A stretch of 64,000 nt of DNA, taken from positions 32,001 through 96,000 of IMG/VR virus record IMGVR_UViG_3300026488_000013. One strand, given 5' to 3'. This document shows, piece by piece, positions 9,874-20,634 of this stretch. Positions within the stretch are counted from its first letter, which is position 1, and each line of letters begins with the position of its first letter. Position numbers and translations under genes: made by a program. Source of the DNA: a virus. The notes below the pieces were generated by a model. That model made no database searches, was not told the DNA's origin, and saw only the letters and a program-made list of their open reading frames with translations.

Positions 9874-12800
9874 TTAGTCAACATAATACTTTTCAGAATA
9901 GTCTGAAATATCAATTACTGAATGGTTCATAACTTTTTCTATCAGTCTGTCAAACATTAAATCTGATTTATCATTAACAACTGCGGCGGTTACAGTATTA
10001 GATATTGCAGAAATTGCGGCGGTTGTGTTTTTAGTAATTTCGGTAGCCGTTTCCTTAACACTCTCTCTCATTTTATCCACTACATTGTTAAATGATTTAT
10101 TTAATTCCTTAACATTTTTCTCAATAGATGATGATATTTTCTCAGATACAACCGTGGTATAAGTGGAAAATTTAGCTTTAACGCTTTGAATATATCTTTC
10201 TTCCAATTTTTCGTCATTAACAGTGTTAGAATTTTGAACAGGAGACCTCATAACTTCTTCTTTGTATTCGGGTGCGGTTTCGTCAGTAATTTCGTTCGAT
10301 AATATATTCGGGACCAGGTTTTTATTGTTACCCTGTTTTAGATATTTTTCTAATTTAACATATTTTTGTGTTATAGATTTAGCATGAATTTCTTTTCCTA
10401 AAGCAGCAGATATTGATTTGCTAATATCTGATTCTTGTTTTTGAATAAGTTGTTTTATTTCTTTTATATAACCACCATACCCGGCGCCCTTTAGTGAAAG
10501 CAACAATATAGTAATTGCATCAGATTTTACTAAATTATCCGGGATATTAGTTATATTTTTATCAGAAATTTCTTTAATCCGTCTGTTAATTATAGACGCA
10601 GAAATTATTGCAATCTCGTTTATTAATTTTTCAAAATTGATATTCCTCAATTCAGAATATTCTTTTTTAAGTGCGGCCGTTCTTATTAAAGTTAAATATC
10701 CTTCAATATAATTGTTTATATTTTCTACATATTGTTTAATAGCATTATTCCTTGTAACTTCCGCATGTGAAATTGCGCTTTGAATCACAGAGTTATATTT
10801 AACATTTTCTTTCAATTCTTCACCAGTTTTTTTCAAATTAACTATCGTCATTAGTTCTGGGTTGCGTCGCATAAATTCCTTAGCTATTTTTTTACCAACA
10901 AAAGGAATTGATGTAACAAATTTAACAAATTTATATTCAATCTCTACAACAACCTTGTGAATATATTCCGTAATTTTATTCACAATATCCGATAGAATTT
11001 CCTTGAACCATTTTACAGCAGAAATTATTGGCTCTAATATTCTTGAAAATATTTCCTTAATTTTTTCTACAAACTGAACAATAAAATCTCCTATTTTTTC
11101 CAACGGCGTAAGAATATTACCAATAAACCTTAATATTACATTATCAGATTCTTTTAACTCTTTTATTGTTTCGGTAAGGGCACCCCATAAAATTTCCAGA
11201 ATATTTAACGGATTAATAAAATTAATAATTTTTAAAATAACATTTCCAATTTCCTTAATAATGTCCCAGATAAATTTTCCTACAGACTTAACAATACTCC
11301 ATATTTTCGAAAGAATTGGTTTTCCAATATCATAAATTAAAAACGGAGCGTTTATTAATCTATCAAGCAACATATTCAATCCATCGATAAATCCTTCAAC
11401 AATCCCTTTACCCAACCCATAAATAAAATCTGCTATAGCGGTAATAACAGCTCTCGGTAAATCCCAAAATATAAATTTAAAAATCCATTTTATAACATCT
11501 ATTGCGTATCCAATAATAGTAAAAATTAAATTATCTTGTTCACCCTCTATTTCTTTTTTATGTTTTTCACTTTCTGCTACAAATAAATTTTTAATGAATT
11601 CTAATACACCATTAATTATTGTTATTGGAAGTGATATGATAAACATAAAAGCTTTTGTTAGATAGCTGGAAACGGTTTCTCCCAATGCTTCGGCAACAGA
11701 AGACGATTGAGCTTGTATTTCTTTGTGTATTTTATTTTCATCTTTAGAACCAAAAATATGGCTGTAAACATTTTCAATAAAATCTGCCAGTTTTAATCCT
11801 AAAGAAGCTCCAATTGGTGATAATATCATTGAGAGAATTAACCCCGGTAAACCGCCAAACGCCCCGCCAACAACAGCACCAACTCCACCACCCACCAATG
11901 CACCAATTGTTCCGAGGATTTTATGCAACATATCGGTATTTTCATCAAATGTGAAAAATGTTAGAACTGCATTCAACAATGAACCTACTCCGAAACCACC
12001 AACAAAACTGTTTTTAATTATTTGTGTTGTTTTTGAGAATATACCTTTAGCTATTTCCTTTTTACTTACATTTTTTCCGTCTCCGCCACCGAAACCTAAT
12101 AAACCAGATAACCAGTCCCAAATGGAACTCCCGGTGCCTGAAATAGTTGAAATAGCAGATGTTAATCTATCTGTCATAAACTTAACAGTATCAGTAAATG
12201 ATTTCTTAAGTATATTAAATCCACCAACAATATGTGTATCCAGTGAATATACACCTTTAGATATTTCGCCGAGCAGTTTTACCATTTTTTCAATATTGGA
12301 ATAGAATTTTTCTCTTAATATTTTTTCTTCTCTTTCTTTCACAGTAATTACCGAATCTTCTTCTTTTACACTTTTAAGAGATTTTATTTTTTTCAAATCA
12401 TGAATAATTAATGAACCAATTTTCTCCAGAATGATTTTTTCATTTTTATCCAAAATAAACTCTTTTTTCAAATATTCGTCTGCAACTTTAACTAAGCTGA
12501 TAGTATTAATAATCAATTCACTGACATTTTTTATTTGGTCTTTATTTAAAACAATTTCGCCGGGCGACAACATCGCAACAACAGTATCTTTATACTTATA
12601 TATGTCTGATTTGGATGCTTTTAAAGATGTAGTTTTATTGAAAGTGTTTTCTTCTACAATACCGCCTGTAGAAAAATGAGGTGCACCATGTCTCAAAGAA
12701 CTAAACACTGTATATACAGTATTTCCAACTGCAATCGGGACAGAATTTATTATTTCATTAATAACAGTCTGAGGTAAATATATATTCTCCTGTCGTTCTA

Positions 12801-15135
12801 CTTGTTCTATAGCTTGATTAAGGTTTCGTTGAATATTGGATATAAGATAATCCTGTCCAACAATCATTTTACCAATATTTATTTCCTCCGCTTCGGGTGC
12901 AGCTACAATATATTCCGGTTCAGGAGCAGCAAATATTGTAGATGGAACAACACTATTAATATTGGTTAAAAATAATAATGCTTTCTCACTCGATGTTAAA
13001 ACCTGGGGCGGTGTTATTGTAGGTAAATCTTTTCTATTTATAAATTCCTCCAACAATTCATGAATTTTCCTAAGATATACTAAATATTCCAGATAAGCCA
13101 TATACGATGCAACAATTTCATAATTCATTAATACAGAGTTATCAATTTGTTTCAAAATATTCATTATTTCTTCATTTATTATTGTTTGGGTAGATATAAA
13201 TTCTGGGGAGCGGTTTACAAAAAATTCTTCTATATCTGTTTCTGCCATCAATTGCCGCTGATATTTCCTTTCTTCATAATTCATTTGCCAATCCTCTATT
13301 TTTAGTAATAGCCTATCTAACAGCGACAATTCTTGCTCCACAGTTTGTATATTTTGGTTGTCCTTTTTAATAGTTTTTACTATTAAATCTGTTAGAGATA
13401 CTAATTTTTCACCTAAGATAGCCCATGTATAAATAATCGGTAGTTGTTTTAATTCATAATAAATCTCCGATTTTGCAACTTCCGATATTCCCTTAACAGT
13501 TCCCTTTATTAAACCTTCTTCTAATACTTTTGTTGATATATTCGATACCAATGCCGCACCTACATTTCCTAATTTGTTAGGAATATCGATTAACATAGTA
13601 GTCAATCTATCAAATAAATTCATCCCCTGTTCTTCCTCGGGCAATTGAATCATAAATGATTGTGCAATACCCATCGCATTTCGTATAGCGGTTAATTCAC
13701 TAAGTTGCATTCTTAAAACATCATATATCGCACTCAATAATACAACCATTTTCACAATAGGGTCATCTATGCCTCCAATTAATTCGTCAGATGTAGTATA
13801 AACAGCTTTAATGTGTTCCATAGATACACCATATTTTCTAGATAGCTCATTTATTACATTGGCACGGCGTTCCTCTATGTATCTATTCCTTAACCATTGA
13901 GCCGGCGTTATACCTCTAAATAAAAATTCAGTTAACTGCATAACAGGATTGGTTAAAAACATGAATTCTTCCATTTTATCCATCATTTTATCAATAAAGC
14001 TTCTTTGTTCAAATCTATATCCTTCATATAAAGTCTCTTGAACTCTTCTTTCTCCAGCATCATAAGATTCAAATTTCTGTGCTTCAATCTTATTTTGAAG
14101 CAGGTTATAAATCAATGGAATTATGGATGTGTGCGATTCTATCATCATAAGTGTTTCCAAAATTAACATGTCATAAGGAGAAACTTGTTTTACTAAATCC
14201 GGGTCAGACAATATCCTAATAACATATGGACGCAAATATCTGGAAGACGATGTTTCATTCTCTATTTCATATGCATTTAAAAAATTAGGTTTTCTATCTC
14301 CCGCACTAACTATTTGTTTTAAAAATCCAATTGGTATTTTGAACAGGCCCATATAAGCCAGATAACCAATTAATGCTGGAGTTATTAGGGGAATCCAGCT
14401 CAATGATGATGCTATACCTGAAAGCGCTCCTCCCAAAACAGGAGCCGATAACATTAAACCGCCCAAAATATTTGTCGGATTAAATAGCATTGTTAATGGA
14501 GATATAAACGGTGTTAACGAATGCATTCCAAGAACATTAAACATTGCTGGAAGTGTATATATACTCAGGGTCAACTTTTCTATTCTATCCAAGAATTGGC
14601 TAGTCCTAATCGCCGCATGTCCCAATGCACCAAATCTAGGCTCCTCTAGCCCTTTTGAATACATTTCCCTTTCTTTTATGCTTTGTTTAAACATTGCACT
14701 TTGTTGGATTAGATACAATGCTGAAAATATTCCATTAATTAAAGGTATATATGGATTTAACATTGCTATATTGGATAAAAATGGAACCCCTTTCCCGGCC
14801 GCAGCCATAGACCCAAATATTCCAACTCCAATTTTCGAAACAACTCCCAATAAAGGATTTGTCCTTCCAATAATATCAAATATTCGATTATAAAATTTTT
14901 CCATAAAATTATCTTTATACCTGTTTTCTATTCGCTCTTTAATATCTTTATAATAATTATTGTTGCCATAAAATTCCTTATGATACCCCGTCGCATATTT
15001 TATATTTTCGTCAAGTTCCAACTGCTTATATTTTAATTCTTCCAAATCTTTTAAAATATTTTCAAATATATCTATCTTTTTATAATGTTCACTCTCATCG
15101 TAAGTTTTATTTTTAAAATTATTTTTTTCCTCCAT
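9874..15135 (-). CDS. Tail tape measure-like protein
   Basis: 1753 aa, helical W/F-periodic repeats, Gly-rich hydrophobic segments, FSTGGIV...DTVVAMLSPGEIVL motif common in tape measure proteins. Confidence 0.75.
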   Translation of the reverse strand: MEEKNNFKNKTYDESEHYKKIDIFENILKDLEELKYKQLELDENIKYATGYHKEFYGNNNYYKDIKERIENRYKDNFMEKFYNRIFDIIGRTNPLLGVVSKIGVGIFGSMAAAGKGVPFLSNIAMLNPYIPLINGIFSALYLIQQSAMFKQSIKEREMYSKGLEEPRFGALGHAAIRTSQFLDRIEKLTLSIYTLPAMFNVLGMHSLTPFISPLTMLFNPTNILGGLMLSAPVLGGALSGIASSLSWIPLITPALIGYLAYMGLFKIPIGFLKQIVSAGDRKPNFLNAYEIENETSSSRYLRPYVIRILSDPDLVKQVSPYDMLILETLMMIESHTSIIPLIYNLLQNKIEAQKFESYDAGERRVQETLYEGYRFEQRSFIDKMMDKMEEFMFLTNPVMQLTEFLFRGITPAQWLRNRYIEERRANVINELSRKYGVSMEHIKAVYTTSDELIGGIDDPIVKMVVLLSAIYDVLRMQLSELTAIRNAMGIAQSFMIQLPEEEQGMNLFDRLTTMLIDIPNKLGNVGAALVSNISTKVLEEGLIKGTVKGISEVAKSEIYYELKQLPIIYTWAILGEKLVSLTDLIVKTIKKDNQNIQTVEQELSLLDRLLLKIEDWQMNYEERKYQRQLMAETDIEEFFVNRSPEFISTQTIINEEIMNILKQIDNSVLMNYEIVASYMAYLEYLVYLRKIHELLEEFINRKDLPTITPPQVLTSSEKALLFLTNINSVVPSTIFAAPEPEYIVAAPEAEEINIGKMIVGQDYLISNIQRNLNQAIEQVERQENIYLPQTVINEIINSVPIAVGNTVYTVFSSLRHGAPHFSTGGIVEENTFNKTTSLKASKSDIYKYKDTVVAMLSPGEIVLNKDQIKNVSELIINTISLVKVADEYLKKEFILDKNEKIILEKIGSLIIHDLKKIKSLKSVKEEDSVITVKEREEKILREKFYSNIEKMVKLLGEISKGVYSLDTHIVGGFNILKKSFTDTVKFMTDRLTSAISTISGTGSSIWDWLSGLLGFGGGDGKNVSKKEIAKGIFSKTTQIIKNSFVGGFGVGSLLNAVLTFFTFDENTDMLHKILGTIGALVGGGVGAVVGGAFGGLPGLILSMILSPIGASLGLKLADFIENVYSHIFGSKDENKIHKEIQAQSSSVAEALGETVSSYLTKAFMFIISLPITIINGVLEFIKNLFVAESEKHKKEIEGEQDNLIFTIIGYAIDVIKWIFKFIFWDLPRAVITAIADFIYGLGKGIVEGFIDGLNMLLDRLINAPFLIYDIGKPILSKIWSIVKSVGKFIWDIIKEIGNVILKIINFINPLNILEILWGALTETIKELKESDNVILRFIGNILTPLEKIGDFIVQFVEKIKEIFSRILEPIISAVKWFKEILSDIVNKITEYIHKVVVEIEYKFVKFVTSIPFVGKKIAKEFMRRNPELMTIVNLKKTGEELKENVKYNSVIQSAISHAEVTRNNAIKQYVENINNYIEGYLTLIRTAALKKEYSELRNINFEKLINEIAIISASIINRRIKEISDKNITNIPDNLVKSDAITILLLSLKGAGYGGYIKEIKQLIQKQESDISKSISAALGKEIHAKSITQKYVKLEKYLKQGNNKNLVPNILSNEITDETAPEYKEEVMRSPVQNSNTVNDEKLEERYIQSVKAKFSTYTTVVSEKISSSIEKNVKELNKSFNNVVDKMRESVKETATEITKNTTAAISAISNTVTAAVVNDKSDLMFDRLIEKVMNHSVIDISDYSEKYYVD

Positions 15136-15207
15136 CTTTCACTTAATCACTTAAAATAAAAAAATAAAAAAAAATAATTAAAATTTGAAAAGCAATTCTG
15201 ATAATTT

Positions 15208-15537
15208 TTATTTTAAAAATTCATAAATTGATTTTTTTATTTTTAAAATTTTGTTCCCCGAGATTTTATTCTCTCCATATTTTTCTTTCAATTTCAAAAT
15301 TAGATTATAAAGTTTTAAATAATTTAATTTCCTCTTTTTTAAGTTAATTATATTTTTATTTTCATCATATGCTTCAACAATACATAAATTTTTAATATAA
15401 TCAAAATAGGGAATTAATAATTTTTTATCTATTTTCTCTTTTGAATTATTTAAATTTCCTATAATTAATTTTTCTCCAAAATAGGTTAAAATTATTTTTC
15501 CATTAACGAATTTAATTTCAAATTTATTAATTTTCAT
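15208..15537 (-). CDS. Hypothetical basic protein in A-tract-rich DNA
   Basis: ORF with TATGGTTAA motif at 15548-15556. Confidence 0.6.
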   Translation of the reverse strand: MKINKFEIKFVNGKIILTYFGEKLIIGNLNNSKEKIDKKLLIPYFDYIKNLCIVEAYDENKNIINLKKRKLNYLKLYNLILKLKEKYGENKISGNKILKIKKSIYEFLK

Positions 15538-15751
15538 AATTTAAAAATTAACCATATAAGATTTAAAAATATTAAATTATAATTTTTTATTTTTAAGTTT
15601 CACTTTTTAGGTTATAAATAACTTTATCATTAATTAGATTTTTCTGTCCAAAATTTTTTATTATGAAATTTTAAACTGAAAAATTCCAAATTAAAAATTA
15701 AATAAATTTTTATTTTATTCTTTTTAGTTAAAAAAAATGAAATATAGTTCT

Positions 15752-16080
15752 CACATAATTCTTAAATAAATATTCTTTCAGGAATTAATTTGTTCTATAT
15801 ATTTTATATAACAGGTATCTCTTTTATTTATATATTTATCCAATAGATGTATAATTCCATTTGTTTCAAATATTAAATAAAATTTTTGTTTTGATTAAAT
15901 CAGTTTAAATGAATTTAGTTCCAATTCACTGAATTCCTTTAACTTGGAATGATAAATAGTAGATATATGAGTTGACAAAATTAAAACGTCAGGCTAAAAT
16001 TTGTTTCTTATATGATGTATCATATATAGTAGTAGTTTCTTTTATAGTAATTATACCCAATAGATATATAGTTTTATTTG
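15752..16080. repeat. Dispersed non-coding element, copy 1
   Basis: Left arm CACATAATTCTTAAATAAATATTCTTTCAG... and right arm TATAGTAATTATACCCA... shared with copies at 38158 and 55039. Confidence 0.92.
15972..16000 (+). promoter_or_regulatory. Sigma70-like promoter inside repeat copy 1
   Basis: TTGACA-N17-TAAAAT. Confidence 0.5.
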
Positions 16081-16085
16081 TGTTG

Positions 16086-17954
16086 TTAAAAAATGATATT
16101 TTCATTGAGTAATGATTCAAAAGTCTGTAATAAGGATTTTTGTTCGTTGTAATTGGTTGGAGAATTTAGAAAGCTAAAAAGATTGACAGCTCTATTAATC
16201 GAATCCTGAATTATTTGTTGTTCTTTAGCTAAATCCTTATCGATATATTCCATTAGTTTGGGTGGGATTTTTCTTTGACGCCGCAGCAATTCCATTCCGT
16301 AATGAGATAAACACGATGCCATAAATAAGTCATCGTGGTGTCCTTTAGCCGCCTCTATCTTTCCAGAAGGTTTGTATTCAATAGCAAACATTTCAGAAAT
16401 TAATTCATTTGAATGAATAATATAAGGGTTGTTTACTACTTTTGAATAAAAAATATTTACCATTTCTTTTTTTGTTTCTCTATTCGTATTTATTCCATAT
16501 CTTTTTTCACCAGTAGTTCTTTTTATAGTAGATATAATTTTTGATTCAAAATTATATCCTGAATGAATTAGTAATTTTTCCACTACTTGCTGCCCATATG
16601 AGTTATTTTCAATTGCTAAATAAAAATTATCTCTTAATCCATATTTGTTTTGGAGTATTCCTAAAGCCTCTAAAATATTGTCGATAAAATATGATACCAT
16701 TCCGTATCTATTTTTAAATTCCGCTATTTGCTCGCCCGTTTTTAATGAATATATTTCAAATGCTGAGTAGTCTCCTCTTAATTGTGCTGCGGTATCTACT
16801 CCAATAACATATAAATCGTTATAATCGAATTTATCTATCCAAAGTTTTAATTCCGTAGCATAAGATAATTTTTCAATGTGTTTGGGCGGTATAGCTTTTA
16901 ATTGTTCCAATACTTCATCAGGGAATAATGAATTCTCACTTCCTAAAAATAGAAGTTCATATTCTTGATACCATCTGCGGCGGCCCTCATAAGAGTTATA
17001 ATATCCCAATTCTCTTTTCCTTTCCTCAGCCCATTTTTCATCTCTATATGGAAATTCTGACCAATGAATTTTTATTCCAATAAATCCGTTATAAGAATTA
17101 TCTTGTGAATTCAATAGTTCGTAGTATAACTTTTCAGGCGGATTAGATTTCCATTTATGATTTTCTAAATCATATAGCAAATCAATAGGAATTGAATTTA
17201 TCCAGTTTTCATAATATCCTTTACCAATACCCTCTCTACCGTTAGGTGTAGAGGTTAAAAGGAAGAAATATGGAAATCCTAAATTTTTAACTTGTCTGAC
17301 TGCATCTTCATGCGCAGGTAATAGTGAACCGGAGATTACGTCATAATTTATAAATGCTGCTTCGTCAATATAAACGATAGGAACATTTCCACCTCTGGCA
17401 ACCATCTCAGGGTTTCTCATTGCGGAATAACCATCTATCCTCGAACCATTAGCAAACTCGATATAAGTTTTTGTCTTTTGACATTGTGTTGTCATAGGAA
17501 ATAATTCCTTTAATATTTCTGGTAGAAAATTATACATTTTACAGATATTTTGAAGAATATCTTTTTTAACAGTATTCTCTTTGTATGTTATTACCGCTGC
17601 GTTTAGGTTTGAAAAGAACATAGTTGAATACAAAACCATTTCAGATGCTATCGTTGTTTTTCTTGAACGTCTGGATGCTAAATGGTTATGTTTATCAAAA
17701 CGCATTAACGATTTAATTAGAGCTATTTGTTTAGGAATAAAATCGGATGGCTTTACTTTAGTAGGAACACCCGCCGTAGGAACCCAAATATATTTCACAA
17801 TAAAATAAAAAGGATTTTTAGTTATTAGCTTTATTTCTCTTTCAATATCATCGGATGTTAATTTATCTGGAAAATATAAAATTCCTAAATTATCTTTCTC
17901 CTTTTCAATAAGTTCCTTAGGTAATTTTGTTGCTATATCTGATTTTTTCGCCAT
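16086..17954 (-). CDS. terL: Terminase large subunit
   Basis: Walker A-like SRRSRKTT, Walker B IVYIDEAAF, C-motif TSTPNG, nuclease GVDTA and HHDDLFMA. Confidence 0.93.
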   Translation of the reverse strand: MAKKSDIATKLPKELIEKEKDNLGILYFPDKLTSDDIEREIKLITKNPFYFIVKYIWVPTAGVPTKVKPSDFIPKQIALIKSLMRFDKHNHLASRRSRKTTIASEMVLYSTMFFSNLNAAVITYKENTVKKDILQNICKMYNFLPEILKELFPMTTQCQKTKTYIEFANGSRIDGYSAMRNPEMVARGGNVPIVYIDEAAFINYDVISGSLLPAHEDAVRQVKNLGFPYFFLLTSTPNGREGIGKGYYENWINSIPIDLLYDLENHKWKSNPPEKLYYELLNSQDNSYNGFIGIKIHWSEFPYRDEKWAEERKRELGYYNSYEGRRRWYQEYELLFLGSENSLFPDEVLEQLKAIPPKHIEKLSYATELKLWIDKFDYNDLYVIGVDTAAQLRGDYSAFEIYSLKTGEQIAEFKNRYGMVSYFIDNILEALGILQNKYGLRDNFYLAIENNSYGQQVVEKLLIHSGYNFESKIISTIKRTTGEKRYGINTNRETKKEMVNIFYSKVVNNPYIIHSNELISEMFAIEYKPSGKIEAAKGHHDDLFMASCLSHYGMELLRRQRKIPPKLMEYIDKDLAKEQQIIQDSINRAVNLFSFLNSPTNYNEQKSLLQTFESLLNENIIF

Positions 17955-17981
17955 TTTGTTTTATAAAAAAAAAGAAAAAAA

Positions 17982-20609
17982 TTAAACGATGATAATCTTA
18001 ATATTATCAATATTAAAATTAAAGTATGGCGGCGAATATTGTAGTGGTGCTAATTTATTTCCTTTATCAATTTGACTTTTTAACCAGTCATATTCAAATG
18101 ATACATTTGAATATAGTGATACAGCTGGATATTCTACTTTCACATCAAAAATTGAACTTGGATTAGAAACAGATTTCTTAACGATGTTAATTATATCTGA
18201 CTGGGGCAAATTTATTTTATAACCTTGTTTACTCAATAAATATTTAGCTAATTCGGATTTTATGGATAAAATATCATCTTCAGTTATTACCGCATCTTTA
18301 CTTTTACTAATTTTTATTTTTAATGAAATAGGAAATTCTAAATAATCTATTGAACAATTTTTACTATCGGATTGAGGGGTTAGGAAATATTCTGGTTCAC
18401 GAAGCTCTATTGTATTTGGAAATGTTAGCTTGGTTTCTTTACCAACAAGGCGGGTTATATTTTGGTTTAGCCCGTTCAGCAGCGAGGATAATGTTGATGT
18501 AATTACATCTTTGAAATTATCAAAATCTCCCTTAGAAATAAATGGGATAAATGTTATTAAAGGATTTGAAGAATCCTTAGGGTTATTCAATATTTGAAGA
18601 TTAATAGAATCTGATACATCCTTTAAATAAGCTGTATTTAAACTACCACCAAATATAAACTCGCCGGTTGTTCCGTTATACACATCAAACTCTAAATTAA
18701 TATTTTTCATAATATCAGATGCCTGTAATGCTGTCAATGAATCAGTATCTCCTGTCAACAATTCTTTAACAGGAATATTTGTTGAATAACCATTATTTTT
18801 ATTTAATTCATGCACCGAACCGGACGGTGTTTTAATTTTTATCAATGGTGAGTATTCTAAATTAGCATTATTAGATATTACCGCATTTATTGAAAAGTAA
18901 TAATTACCATCCGAATTATCATAATAAAAATTATTAATTTCAAAAATAACACTTGGAGACAAATCTGTGTTATAGTTATTATTCACATTAATAATATTCA
19001 CTGTAAAAGACGATTTATCAATCATATAACCTTTATACTTATTTCTAAGCCTGTCTTTAACATATATAAACGGACTAATTAATTCTATTTTTCTATTTTC
19101 ATATTTATAAATTTGTGTTCTATTTACCAAATTATTTCGAAGCGGCGGGTCAATAGTTATAGTTTTGTCAGTTTCATCAATGTCAACAATAGTATATTCA
19201 GACCCATTTATCAACAATGTGTCGCCAATATTTAAATCCGATACGGTATCCAATTGAATGGTATCTGAACCAGCTAAATAATCATTTTGAACAATATATT
19301 GGGTTGTTGTTTCTTTAGCTTTCATAACATATATATATGTGGGATAGACAACCAAATCTTCATCGGATGGATTAAATTGAGATTCTTCAAGAGTTAAAGT
19401 TGTAGATTTTACGGGCAAATTATTATCCAACTTGATAGGTACAAATAATATTGTATCTGCTCCCGGAAAACCGACAACATTATAGAAATATAAATCTTCA
19501 TCAGATAGATTTCCAAAGTCTATATAATCTTGTTTAGTTATTAGTGTATTATTCGTCCTTATTAACTTAATAACTTCGGTTTTAATTTCCTCAAAATTTT
19601 TAACATCTTTACCAGATGTTAAATTTTGGGTTGAATATAGTTGAACCGTATTAGAATCTGTAATTATCTCATTATCAATATAAATATTGGTATCTAAGGT
19701 ATTTTGGAGAACAAGGCCCTGTGAAATATTGCCCCCACTACCCAATGTTAAATCCAATATTATTTTTAGTTCGGTTCCGCTGGGTAGATACATCCCGTAA
19801 TTGCCGTCGGGTAATACCAGTTCGTATTTATTCAAATCTGTTTGATTTATAAACACAACTAAATCGTTAGGAGTATAAATATATCTCAAACTATCTATTT
19901 TTGCAGCTTTATATTCAGTTTCGTTTGGTAGTTTAATATAGACCCTTATGTTTGAAATTTGGTATTTATTTGAATCATAAAAATCGATGGGTATTTTATA
20001 TGTTGTGCCGTAATTATAAAATGGAACTGTTAATTCATATGTTAATCTTTCCAACTGATAAATATTGTATGCGGGGATTCCAATACAAACATGCTGGCCT
20101 GTGCTTTCTATAACTCCGCCGTATTTTGTTGTGTATGTATTGCTTGTCTTATCGTAATATATACCGACGACAAAACCATTTGATTTGTTATATTTAACCG
20201 TTAAATCTGTATCCACTAATGTAAAAACTATATCATTATATATAAACTTTGTTCCATCTGGAATTTGAATTTTAATTTCCGAATCTTCGGAGTTTTCTAT
20301 TATATACACAGGAACATAAATTTTTATTATCCCGATAAACTCGGCCGGGGTTGCAAATATAACAGGATAGCCAAATAATTTAGCCCATTTTAAAAGGGCG
20401 GGAATAGTTTTGGCAGTGGTGGGTATCGACTCAGAATATAGAAAATCAAAATATCTTTTTGCATCTTCCTGTAAATAGGCCAAGGCATATAAGATATATC
20501 CGATTACACCACTTTTACTGGGTGTTATATTGACTAACCCGAATTTCTCCTTTGCTATGTTGTAAAGTTCTTCAAAAATTTTATCTGCCGTTTTAAGTTG
20601 GTTTACCAT
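17982..20609 (-). CDS. Baseplate wedge protein (T4 gp6-like)
   Basis: ESIPTTAK...AKLFGY, DGNYGMYLPSG, TLGSGGN, LITKQDY motifs. Confidence 0.8.
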   Translation of the reverse strand: MVNQLKTADKIFEELYNIAKEKFGLVNITPSKSGVIGYILYALAYLQEDAKRYFDFLYSESIPTTAKTIPALLKWAKLFGYPVIFATPAEFIGIIKIYVPVYIIENSEDSEIKIQIPDGTKFIYNDIVFTLVDTDLTVKYNKSNGFVVGIYYDKTSNTYTTKYGGVIESTGQHVCIGIPAYNIYQLERLTYELTVPFYNYGTTYKIPIDFYDSNKYQISNIRVYIKLPNETEYKAAKIDSLRYIYTPNDLVVFINQTDLNKYELVLPDGNYGMYLPSGTELKIILDLTLGSGGNISQGLVLQNTLDTNIYIDNEIITDSNTVQLYSTQNLTSGKDVKNFEEIKTEVIKLIRTNNTLITKQDYIDFGNLSDEDLYFYNVVGFPGADTILFVPIKLDNNLPVKSTTLTLEESQFNPSDEDLVVYPTYIYVMKAKETTTQYIVQNDYLAGSDTIQLDTVSDLNIGDTLLINGSEYTIVDIDETDKTITIDPPLRNNLVNRTQIYKYENRKIELISPFIYVKDRLRNKYKGYMIDKSSFTVNIINVNNNYNTDLSPSVIFEINNFYYDNSDGNYYFSINAVISNNANLEYSPLIKIKTPSGSVHELNKNNGYSTNIPVKELLTGDTDSLTALQASDIMKNINLEFDVYNGTTGEFIFGGSLNTAYLKDVSDSINLQILNNPKDSSNPLITFIPFISKGDFDNFKDVITSTLSSLLNGLNQNITRLVGKETKLTFPNTIELREPEYFLTPQSDSKNCSIDYLEFPISLKIKISKSKDAVITEDDILSIKSELAKYLLSKQGYKINLPQSDIINIVKKSVSNPSSIFDVKVEYPAVSLYSNVSFEYDWLKSQIDKGNKLAPLQYSPPYFNFNIDNIKIIIV

Positions 20610-20634
20610 TTTTTAATTTTCTTTTATTTTTTTC

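Noticed and set aside
15752-15880. Left arm of the repeat as a short minus-strand peptide (LIFETNGIIH...)
   Set aside because: Differences between copies are mostly non-synonymous, and copy 3 has an earlier in-frame stop.
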